This document shows positions 24,209 to 32,248 of a DNA stretch of 39,044 bases, piece after piece. The stretch's first letter is position 1, and the number at the start of each line of letters is the position of its first letter. Origin of the DNA: Bacteroidota bacterium (GTDB taxonomy: Bacteria > Bacteroidota > Bacteroidia > NS11-12g > UBA955); the NCBI GenBank assembly GCA_009918425.1, contig RGEC01000002.1, positions 1-39,044 of the forward strand, written 5' to 3'. Position numbers and translations under genes: made by a program. Under the pieces are notes generated by a model that did no database searches, was not told where the DNA came from, and saw nothing but the letters and a program-made list of their open reading frames with translations.

Positions 24209-24516
24209 TGATTGTTTATAACGTTACCTGCCACATCTCAGCCGATATGGAAGCAGAATGGCTTGCATGGATGCTAAACGAGCATCTGCCCGATGTAATG
24301 GCCACCGGTTGTTTTCTGGAAGTAAAAATGATGCGGCTGCTCACGCAGGCCGATGATGATGAAGGTGTGAACATAGCCGTTCAGTACACCGCACAAAGCA
24401 TGGCGGATTATGAGCACTACCGCGATACCCATGCACCGGCCCTTCAGGCCAAAACCCGCGAAAAATATGGTGAGCGTGTACTGGCTTATCGCAGTTTGCT
24501 GGAAGTGCTGCATTAA
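24208..24516 (+). CDS. DUF4286-like protein
   Basis: MIVYNVTCHISADMEAEWLAWMLNEHLPDVMATGCF is typical of the DUF4286 genes found next to purS in Bacteroidota. Confidence 0.6.
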   Translation: MIVYNVTCHISADMEAEWLAWMLNEHLPDVMATGCFLEVKMMRLLTQADDDEGVNIAVQYTAQSMADYEHYRDTHAPALQAKTREKYGERVLAYRSLLEVLH

Positions 24517-24560
24517 CCGGAGTTCGGTTTAATGAACAAATCCTTACAGAATTCCCTTGA

Positions 24561-25061
24561 TTATTGCCATTGAACGGTCAACACCACGGTGATATCCTTT
24601 CCGGTCAGGGTGATGGTTCCGGGGTATTGCCCCAGATAGTTATTGGGGTTGAATGCCACACTGCCAATTACATCACTTGGATCCAGCAGGTCATAATCCA
24701 GAATCTGTATGTTTCTGGCGGTATTCAGTGGTGAAATGTTGTGTGCGGGGTTTACTGTCCAGCTACGGGGAAGGTTTCCGGCTGCTGTGTTGTCAAAGCG
24801 GGCACTGGTTCCATCCACCAGCACATCGCCGTTGGCATTGGTGATTTTATAGCATACATCAGGTCCGTCAAATAAATCCCAGCCGGCACCGTTGCCATCG
24901 GCAAAAGGCATCTGGGTAACGCTCACATTCTTTATGACACAACTTTTGGGCGCGTCAAGAATAAACAGATTTTTGGAAACCGTGTTTGATCCGCCCGGAC
25001 CTTTGGCGGTAAGTTTAAGCATTCCTGCCATTAAAACAAAGGGAAAAATGGCAGTTCTCAT
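24561..25061 (-). CDS. Small secreted protein with a C2-domain-like sequence pattern
   Basis: Start moved to MRTAIFPFVLMAG (ATG at 25059-25061). Patterns seen are GWDLFDGPDVCYKI, NLPRSW and ILDYDLLDPSDVIGSV. Confidence 0.4.
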   Translation of the reverse strand: MRTAIFPFVLMAGMLKLTAKGPGGSNTVSKNLFILDAPKSCVIKNVSVTQMPFADGNGAGWDLFDGPDVCYKITNANGDVLVDGTSARFDNTAAGNLPRSWTVNPAHNISPLNTARNIQILDYDLLDPSDVIGSVAFNPNNYLGQYPGTITLTGKDITVVLTVQWQ

Positions 25062-25239
25062 AGGTTGTTTGAATGAGTAGTGAAACACGAAACTATTGTA
25101 TTTAGCACAAACAACCATAGCATTTCAAAAAATAATGTTTCGGGCACAACACGGCAGATGGTTGCAACGCCATGAATTAGTTGGCATCGGTTTACACAGC
25201 TACCTTTCAGTTATCCTGATGGAATAAGCTACTTAATAC

Positions 25240-25878
25240 TTATTTAATGATATTTCTGTAGTTTTCTATAACGGATTTAGCATCTGTGCAATCTATGCTC
25301 CAATGATAGAGGGAATCATTTAGCCATTTTATGGCTTCACACATTTCATCATGGTATTCTATTAAAACGGATCGTTTCCAACTAATGGGCTCATGATGAA
25401 AAATTCTGTTTCTGATTTTTCTGAACATGGTGAATTTTCTACTCATGGTTTTTCTTTTCCTCAAATGCTTAGGGCAATGGGGAAATGACAGTCGCAAATG
25501 TTTCCATAAGCTAGCCTCTAACCTGCTGTCCAATAGCGATGTCCAAAAGCCAAATGACAGTTCCGGAATTATTTTATTTGGGTCTGAAAATGTATTCTTC
25601 TTTGCTTCCTGCAACTGTTTTTTCTGGTGCTCATTCATCAAACTCATAAAGACTGTATTATCAAACCAACATTGATTTTTAAAGTATTTTTGCAGCTGAT
25701 TATTAAAGTTATTTCGGAGTGAAACTTCGAGTATGGACAGCAAAGGGTAGAATGATTGTGAAATCTTAATGTTGGCCTTATAATGAAGCAGGGCCTTGTT
25801 TAAATTGTTATCCTGATAAATTAAATAGGGATTTATCCTAACAGGAGATATGCTTTTTATAATTGCCTCTTCTAACAT
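25240..25878 (-). CDS. Abi_2-like (AbiD/AbiF family) abortive-infection-type protein
   Basis: Motifs LSILEVSLRN, FGFWTSLL and IRNRIFHHEPISW. The gene is visibly more AT-rich than its neighbours. Confidence 0.65.
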   Translation of the reverse strand: MLEEAIIKSISPVRINPYLIYQDNNLNKALLHYKANIKISQSFYPLLSILEVSLRNNFNNQLQKYFKNQCWFDNTVFMSLMNEHQKKQLQEAKKNTFSDPNKIIPELSFGFWTSLLDSRLEASLWKHLRLSFPHCPKHLRKRKTMSRKFTMFRKIRNRIFHHEPISWKRSVLIEYHDEMCEAIKWLNDSLYHWSIDCTDAKSVIENYRNIIK

Positions 25879-25885
25879 TTTGTTG

Positions 25886-25893
25886 TATATTTG
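25886..25893 (+). promoter_or_regulatory. -7 box TATATTTG on the plus strand, 8 nt beyond the Abi start and pointing away from it
   Basis: It matches TAnnTTTG and is followed by the hairpin plus T-run at 25903-25961. Confidence 0.3.
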
Positions 25894-25902
25894 TATTGGA
25901 GT

Positions 25903-25961
25903 CCCGGTTCTTCCTCTCCCAGATAATTCATGCTGGTGATGAAGCCGGGTTTTTTGTTTTT
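25903..25961 (+). terminator. Long imperfect hairpin followed by TTTTTTGTTTTT, an intrinsic-terminator-like element on the plus strand
   Basis: The hairpin runs from cccgg..cttc..ccag through loop ataattcatg to ctgg..gaag..ccggg, then a T-run at 25950-25961. Confidence 0.45.
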
Positions 25962-25974
25962 AGATTACTTTAAA

Positions 25975-25982
25975 CAAAAGTA
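25975..25982 (-). promoter_or_regulatory. -7 box (TACTTTTG on the minus strand), candidate Abi promoter
   Basis: The plus strand reads CAAAAGTA. This would give an Abi leader of about 90 nt containing the hairpin. Confidence 0.3.
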
Positions 25983-26026
25983 GAATAAAAACATCGAAAA
26001 AAAACAATATAGTTAGCTTGTCTTCC

Positions 26027-27049
26027 ATGCCTCAAATTCATTCCGCACATACATTTCCCTTTCCAAACCACACCCTTATCGATGTGCGCAGTGAGGCAGA
26101 ATTTGAACGAGGTCACATTCCCGGTGCGGTAAACATTCCATTGTTGCGCAACGAGGAACGGGTGCAGGTGGGTACCACCTACAAACAATCGGGCAGGGAT
26201 GCTGCTGTGGCAGTGGGTTTTAAACTCATCGGTCCACGTTTTTACGAATTGTATCAGCAGTTCAAAAGTGCCGGTTCAAGCCCGTTGTTTTATTGCTGGC
26301 GCGGTGGATTGCGCAGCCATATTTCTGCCACCCTGCTGGAGTGGGGGGGAGAGCAAGTACATCTATTATCCGGTGGCTACAAAGCCTACCGGCACGTTGT
26401 GCAAACCAAAATCAATGAGCCCCGCAACATGCTGTTGCTGGGCGGCATGACAGGCGTGGGAAAAACAGAAATTTTGCAGTTGCTGTTACAAAGAGGCTAT
26501 CCTGTGGTGGATCTGGAAGGCCTGGCCTCGCACCGCGGCAGCGCATTGGGTGGATTGGGCATGCCCACGCAGCCCACGGTGGAAATGTTTGAAAACCGGC
26601 TGCATGCGGCTATTTCAGCATTGCCTGCCAATAAAACCCTCATACTGGAAAGCGAAAGTCGAAAAATAGGCAGCTGTGTAATGCCAGATGGGTTTTGGAA
26701 CAGTATGTTGCAAAGTCCGGTAGTGGAAATTCAGGTTTCACAGGCACAGCGCACCGAGCGTTTGGTGAAAGAATATGCGGGTTTTGATGCAGCTGTGCTG
26801 GCCGAAAAAACCGAAAAACTGCGCAAAAGACTGGGTGGTTTGCAGTGTCAGCAGGCGCAGGAAGCCATTTTGAAGGGAGATAAAACCACCTGGGTGCAGC
26901 TGCTGATGGGGTATTACGATAAATCGTACCGGTATTTTGTGGAAGAGAATGGTTACCGGCCGGAAGCATTGGCTTGGGACTGGCAGCAAACCGAAAATAG
27001 CCTGCAATTGTTACTGGAAAAACTGAAATCTTATGGAATTGAAGAATAA
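26027..27049 (+). CDS. selU: tRNA 2-selenouridine synthase (rhodanese plus P-loop)
   Basis: The rhodanese part is IDVRSEAEFERGHIPGAVNIPL with active-site YCWRGGLRS. The P-loop is GGMTGVGKTEIL. ATG 26027 is preferred over TTG 26018. Confidence 0.85.
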   Translation: MPQIHSAHTFPFPNHTLIDVRSEAEFERGHIPGAVNIPLLRNEERVQVGTTYKQSGRDAAVAVGFKLIGPRFYELYQQFKSAGSSPLFYCWRGGLRSHISATLLEWGGEQVHLLSGGYKAYRHVVQTKINEPRNMLLLGGMTGVGKTEILQLLLQRGYPVVDLEGLASHRGSALGGLGMPTQPTVEMFENRLHAAISALPANKTLILESESRKIGSCVMPDGFWNSMLQSPVVEIQVSQAQRTERLVKEYAGFDAAVLAEKTEKLRKRLGGLQCQQAQEAILKGDKTTWVQLLMGYYDKSYRYFVEENGYRPEALAWDWQQTENSLQLLLEKLKSYGIEE

Positions 27050-27722
27050 AATAGCTGTTGTAACCGGTGCCAACAAAGGCATTGGCCTGGAGTGTGTGAA
27101 AATGTTGCTGGAAAAAGGCGCAATCGTTTATGGGATTTGCCGCAGCGGTTGCAGTTTGCAGCATGAAAATTATCATTGTTTGCACGCCGATGTGGGCAAT
27201 CAGTCCCAGGTAGATGCCGTGATGGACAGCATATTGCAAAAACACAGCGCGGTGGATGTTCTCATCAACAATGCCGGTCTGGGTTATTTTGGTTTTTGTG
27301 AAGAGATACCCGTGGAGCAGTGGCAGGAAATGTTCAATACCAATGTAAGCGGTATTTTCTATTTCACGCGCAGGGTGTTGCCGGGCATGAAAAAGCAGGA
27401 TGTAGGGCATATTGTAAACATTGCCAGCATTGCCGGTCTGGAAGGGTATCAGCAGGTTTCGGGGTATTGCGCCACCAAATTTGCGGTGCGTGGCTTCAGC
27501 GATGCGTTGTACAAAGAGGTGCGTGATTTTGGGGTGAAGGTTACCTGCGTTTATCCCGGCAGCGTAAAAACCGATTTTTTCCGCCACAGCGAAAACATCA
27601 AAGCGCACGATAACATGCTGATGCCGGAGGATGTGGCCTCACAAATTGTGTATGCTTTGGAAAGCCCCCGCAATTTCCACCATGTAAACCTGGAAATACG
27701 TCCCCTGAAACCAAGGGGGTGA
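27033..27722 (+). CDS. Short-chain dehydrogenase/reductase (SDR)
   Basis: Motifs VTGANKGIG, NNAG and YCATKFAVRG. It overlaps selU by 17 nt. Confidence 0.85.
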   Translation: MELKNKIAVVTGANKGIGLECVKMLLEKGAIVYGICRSGCSLQHENYHCLHADVGNQSQVDAVMDSILQKHSAVDVLINNAGLGYFGFCEEIPVEQWQEMFNTNVSGIFYFTRRVLPGMKKQDVGHIVNIASIAGLEGYQQVSGYCATKFAVRGFSDALYKEVRDFGVKVTCVYPGSVKTDFFRHSENIKAHDNMLMPEDVASQIVYALESPRNFHHVNLEIRPLKPRG

Positions 27723-27729
27723 CAATGCC

Positions 27730-28030
27730 ACCCCTACGGAGTTCGGGATATACCGCGCCTTTGGTGCCAGCATAATGGCATCCCTTCGGGGTGAGGGTTA
27801 AAATGGGGCATGGATTGTTTGTTCGTTATTGAAATGCATTTTGTAGAGACGGATTGTTATCCGTCTCTACCAGCCCCGAAGGGGCATTATCATAATAACC
27901 AACAAACCCCGATGGGGCCACAACAATACAATACCCGAAATCAAACGATGGATGTAGCTCCATAGGAGCAAAATCTTAGTAACATCCAACCATGTAGGGA
28001 ATCAAGCCCCGTAGGGGCGGCATAGGATAT
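27730..28030. repeat. Cluster of short GC-stem hairpin repeats in an otherwise AT-rich intergenic region
   Basis: The hairpins are ccc-ttc-ggg (about 27782-27790), gtagagacgga-ttgtta-tccgtctctac (27843-27870), cccc-gaa-gggg (27874-27884), cccc-gat-gggg (27907-27917), gctcc-ata-ggagc (27957-27969) and gcccc-gta-ggggc (28006-28018). Confidence 0.7.
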
Positions 28031-28125
28031 ACAGGCCCGTGAGACTGATCATTACCCTTCACCAATAGCAAGACCGGAGCGGATATAATTACCTAACCAA
28101 CGCTATTTATTCAGCGCACTGTTTT

Positions 28126-28157
28126 ACCGGCTTCTCTATCAGCCGGTTTTGGTTTTC
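28126..28157 (+). terminator. Terminator-like hairpin with a T-run, about 400 nt from the nearest upstream stop codon
   Basis: Stem accggct and agccggt with loop tctctatc, followed by ttttggtttt. Confidence 0.4.
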
Positions 28158-28258
28158 TCTGTGCTGCAACACTGCTTTTGGTCCGGCGCTGATTTTTCAT
28201 CCATTGTCATATCCCTTCATTGCCCAAAATTTTGCATCTTTGCAATTCATTTTAACCT

Positions 28259-30324
28259 ATGAAAAAAACCATATTTTCTTTATTGCTTTCTGTATTTAGT
28301 ATCTTGGGTCTGCGTGCCGATGAAGGCATGTGGCCTCTGACCATGGTGGCAAAACTGCAGGATCCTATGCAGGCAAAAGGCCTTAAACTGACCGCAGAAG
28401 ACATTTACAGCATTAACAATGCTTCACTGAAAGACGCTGTAGTTCGCCTGATGAGCAAACAGGGTCGTATGTTCTGTACCGGTGAAATTATCAGCCGTGA
28501 GGGTTTGTTTCTCACCAACCATCACTGTGGTTATGGCGCCATTCAGGAACTGAGCACCCCGCAGGATAATATTCTCAGCAATGGCTTCTGGGCCAAATCT
28601 AAAGAAGAAGAGCGTCCTGCCAATTTCAATATCGGGTTGCTCCGCAAGGTGGAAGACATTACAGATAATGTACTGAACGGTATTGCCGTAAATATGCCCG
28701 AAGCCGAGCGCAGCAAAGCTGTAACAGATGCCGTTTCCAAAGCCAAAAAAGGGATTGAAGAAAGCCTGGGCGCAGACAAAGCCAATTACGTGATTGAGGT
28801 AGTTGCTTTTTGGGGTGGTAACCGCTTCCTCGCCATGTATTATGAAGTGTATCGCGATATACGTCTGGTAGGCACGCCACCCGAAAACGTGGGCAAATTT
28901 GGCGGTGAAACCGATAACTGGCGCTGGCCTCGTCACACCTGCGATTTCAGCATGTTTCGCATTTATTCCGGTGCTGATAACAAACCCGCTGATTTGAACA
29001 AAAATAACAAACCCTATGAGCCCAAGAAGTTTTTTCCGGTTAGTCTGAAAGGTACATCAACCGGAGATTTTGCCATGATTATGGGTTATCCGGGTCGTAC
29101 CACCCGCTATACCTACAGCGAAGGTGTGCGATACCTGGGCGGCAAAGAGCGTCCCATGCGTGTGCAGGTGCGCCGGGACATCATGGATGTGTATGAAAAA
29201 TACATGAAACAGGATGCCACCATCAGACTGATGTATAGTGATAGACTGGCAGGTCTTGGCAACTACTGGAATAAGTTCAACGGTGAGGCCGGAGAGCTTA
29301 GCAAGCCCGAGATTTTTGCGGCCCGTAAAAAAGTAGAACTTGAGTTTGAAGCCTGGGTGAAAGCCAATAACAAACAGGATGTTTACGGAGAAGTAACTTC
29401 ACTGTATGATGAGGTATATCAAAAACTAAATCAGTATGGACTTTATCCCGTTTACCTGCAGGACGGAATTGCCAATAGCCAGCCTATGGTGTTTGCCATG
29501 CAGAGTTCAAGTTTGCTGCGTGATGCCAAGGATGGTAAAATGGGCCCTGAAGGAACAAAAAGTGCTGAAAAGATTTTAGGTAACCTGGAAGAGATGTTTA
29601 AGGAATTTTATGCACCTATTGAGAAGGAAGTGTTGGCGTCAGTGCTGCGTCATCTGTATGAAGATTTGGATCATGCTAATTTGCCAATTAGTCTAAATAA
29701 CCTGGTAACCAAATACAAGCGAGATTACAACAAGCTCGCAGATTACTTATGGAAAAGCAGCATATTCACAGACAAAGCCAAGCTGGCCAAGTTTATGAAA
29801 GCCCCCAAAGTAGGCACTTTAACCAAGGACCCCATTTTTGCCATCGTGAGTGGTTACAACGCTAAACTGAACGGAGATCTGAAGCCTGTTTATGACGAAA
29901 TCAATGCCAAAAAGATGCGTGCAGACCGTTTGTTTTTAGCCGGATTAAGCGAAATGAATCCTGATAAGGTTATGGCTCCCGATGCAAACGGAACCATGCG
30001 CATGACCTATGGTACTGTGTTGAATTATGATCCAAAAGACGGTGTTCAATACAAGGAGTTTACCACGGCTAAGGGTTATCTGGAAAAATATAAGGCCGGT
30101 GATTTTGAATTTGACGCTCCTCCTGCTTTAGCCCTGTAATCAACGGCAAAGGCGAACTTATTGGCACTGCATTCGATGGTAACTGGGAAGCCATTGCCAG
30201 CGACTTCGGATTCATGCCTGCTGTGCAGAGAACCATCAGTGTAGATATTCGCTTTACCCTTTTTATTATGGATAAACTGGGAGGCGCGGGTCATTTGCTG
30301 AATGAAATGACCTTGGTAAAATAA
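28259..30324 (+). pseudogene. S46 family dipeptidyl-peptidase (DPP7/DPP11-like) gene with an out-of-frame internal deletion that removes the catalytic-serine motif
   Basis: The N-terminal ORF (28259-30139) carries ADEGMWP, TNHHCG (His) and DNWRWPRHTCDFSMFRIY (Asp). It stops after [11 protein letters not shown]. The tail [21 protein letters not shown]...[23 protein letters not shown] continues in another frame (30130-30324). The expected ..GGNSG.. segment is absent. Confidence 0.75.
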
Positions 30325-30330
30325 TCATCT

Positions 30331-30356
30331 AAAGCGGCGCCGAAAGGCGCCGCTTT
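30331..30356 (+). terminator. Rho-independent terminator after the S46 gene
   Basis: Stem aaagcggcgcc and ggcgccgcttt with loop gaaa. Confidence 0.65.
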
Positions 30357-30375
30357 ATTCAATGAAGTATTAATT

Positions 30376-31122
30376 ATGGAATTAACCACCCGCAAATTCT
30401 GGTCAGATTACTGGCACAGCAAGATAGAGGAGTTTGAAAAACCGGTAAGAACCGAATACGTTTTTACCCGTCTTTTTCAAGAAGTATTGACCGGAAAGTC
30501 ATTCAAGCATGCATGCGAACTGGGCGGGTTTCCCGGTACTTTTTCCATTCACGTGCAGCGTGATCTGGGTCTGCCATGTTCTCTGATTGATTATTTTATA
30601 GATGAGTCATTGCTGCACCGGTTTCTGAGTGCCAATCAGCTTGCCAAGGATGCACTGGAATGGAAAGAGGCCGATATTCTGGCCGCTGAGCCGGCGCACC
30701 AAACCTTTGATTTTGTTTTTTCCATTGGACTGATTGAGCATTTTGAGGATACACAAGCCATTTTGAAGGCCCACGTAAAATATGTGAAAACCGGTGGCAG
30801 ACTTTTTTTAATACTTCCCAATTTTACAGGCATCAATGGCTGGTTTCAGCGCAGGTTTGACAAAGACAATTATGTCAAACATTACATTCCCTGCATGAAT
30901 CCTGAAATGTTGAAAAACACACTGTCTGAACTTGGCGGAAAGCAAGTACAGGGAGGGTATTGGGGTAACTTCAGCATCTGGCTTGAAAACTATAATGCGC
31001 AACCCGCAAGAGTCAAGTTTTTCTTTAAAATTTCCTGGTTTACCGGTAAAATACTTTCTAAACTTTTTGGCCTGAAGGGTAAAACAACCTCGCCCTACAT
31101 CTGGGTAGCCTGCGATTTATGA
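30376..31122 (+). CDS. Class I SAM-dependent methyltransferase
   Basis: Motif I-like ACELGGFPGTFS, plus FDFVFSIGLIEHF and GGRLFLILPN. Confidence 0.6.
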   Translation: MELTTRKFWSDYWHSKIEEFEKPVRTEYVFTRLFQEVLTGKSFKHACELGGFPGTFSIHVQRDLGLPCSLIDYFIDESLLHRFLSANQLAKDALEWKEADILAAEPAHQTFDFVFSIGLIEHFEDTQAILKAHVKYVKTGGRLFLILPNFTGINGWFQRRFDKDNYVKHYIPCMNPEMLKNTLSELGGKQVQGGYWGNFSIWLENYNAQPARVKFFFKISWFTGKILSKLFGLKGKTTSPYIWVACDL

Positions 31123-31246
31123 TGCAGGGCATGGCTGTAGTTTTTATATGACACAGACCCAACTTAATCTTTACGAAACATTAAAATTGCTCCCTTTGTA
31201 TTTAATTTGCAGTGTTTTTGGGTAAAACCGGAACATTGATAAATTC

Positions 31247-32248
31247 ATGAAGTTAATCATTCCTATGGCCGGTATGGGAAAACGTATGCGGCCCCATACA
31301 CTCACCATTCCAAAGCCTCTGCTTCCTGTAGCAGGAAAGCCCATCGTTCACTGGCTCATTGAAGATATTGCCGCAGTTTGTGACCAGCCCATTGACGAGA
31401 TTGCCTTCGTAATAGGAGACTTTGGATCTGAAACGGAATCGCATCTTTTACAAATTGCGCAAAGTGTTGGTGCCAAGGGGCGTATTTGCTATCAGGATGA
31501 GCCATTGGGAACAGCCCATGCCATATTATGTGCCAAAGAGTGTCTGCAGGGTGAGGTAATAGTAGCCTTTGCTGATACCCTTTTCAGGGCGGAGTTTCAC
31601 CTGGATACCAATCCTGATGGAGTAATATGGGTGCACAAAGTGGATAATCCATCCAGTTTTGGGGTGGTAAAAATTGACAACGAAAACTGCATCACTGATT
31701 TTGTAGAGAAGCCCACAGAATTTGTTTCAGATCTGGCTATCATTGGTATTTATTACTTCAAAAGCGGTGAAACCCTGCACAAGGAATTACAGTATCTAAT
31801 TGATAATGACATTCGTGAAAAGGGAGAGTACCAACTGACCAATGCGCTGGAAAACATGAAAAACAAAGGCATGCGTTTTAAGCCCGGTGCTGTGGATGAG
31901 TGGTGGGATTGTGGCAATAAGGATGCTACTGTAAATACCAACAAGCGCCTGCTGGAAACCCGCCGGGAACTTTTTCACATCGCGCCTGAAAGGTACAATG
32001 GCGGAACCCAGATCATTCAGCCCTGTTTTATTGGTGAAAACGTTGAACTCAAAGGATGCACCATTGGGCCCTATGTAAGTATTGGCAACAACACAAAACT
32101 GGAAAACTGCGTGATTTCCAACAGCATTATTCAAAATAACAGCCATATCAGCAACCTGAATTTTACCAACAGTATGATAGGAAATCATGTGAGCCTGAAT
32201 GGACAGAGCTGCGAGCTGAGTATTGGAGATTATTCCACACAGTCATGA
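31247..32248 (+). CDS. Sugar-phosphate nucleotidyltransferase with a C-terminal left-handed beta-helix
   Basis: The N-terminus is MKLIIPMAGMGKRMRPHTLTIPKPLLPVAGKPIV. The C-terminal part has hexapeptide-like repeats. Confidence 0.8.
   Translation: MKLIIPMAGMGKRMRPHTLTIPKPLLPVAGKPIVHWLIEDIAAVCDQPIDEIAFVIGDFGSETESHLLQIAQSVGAKGRICYQDEPLGTAHAILCAKECLQGEVIVAFADTLFRAEFHLDTNPDGVIWVHKVDNPSSFGVVKIDNENCITDFVEKPTEFVSDLAIIGIYYFKSGETLHKELQYLIDNDIREKGEYQLTNALENMKNKGMRFKPGAVDEWWDCGNKDATVNTNKRLLETRRELFHIAPERYNGGTQIIQPCFIGENVELKGCTIGPYVSIGNNTKLENCVISNSIIQNNSHISNLNFTNSMIGNHVSLNGQSCELSIGDYSTQS

Noticed and set aside
22896-25878. Fic, the C2-like protein and Abi as one multi-gene defence island
   Set aside because: The genes are separated by the housekeeping purS and DUF4286 genes, lie on different strands, and each has its own promoter and terminator context. 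They are treated as independent single-gene elements.
26640-27608. A 322-aa minus-strand ORF spanning the selU/SDR junction
   Set aside because: It lies entirely antisense to two well-supported genes. Its translation is low-complexity with no recognisable motifs, signal peptide or sensible start context. It is a shadow ORF.
28424-28936. A 170-aa minus-strand ORF inside the S46 peptidase gene
   Set aside because: It is antisense to a region carrying the S46 His and Asp motifs, and it has no independent support.
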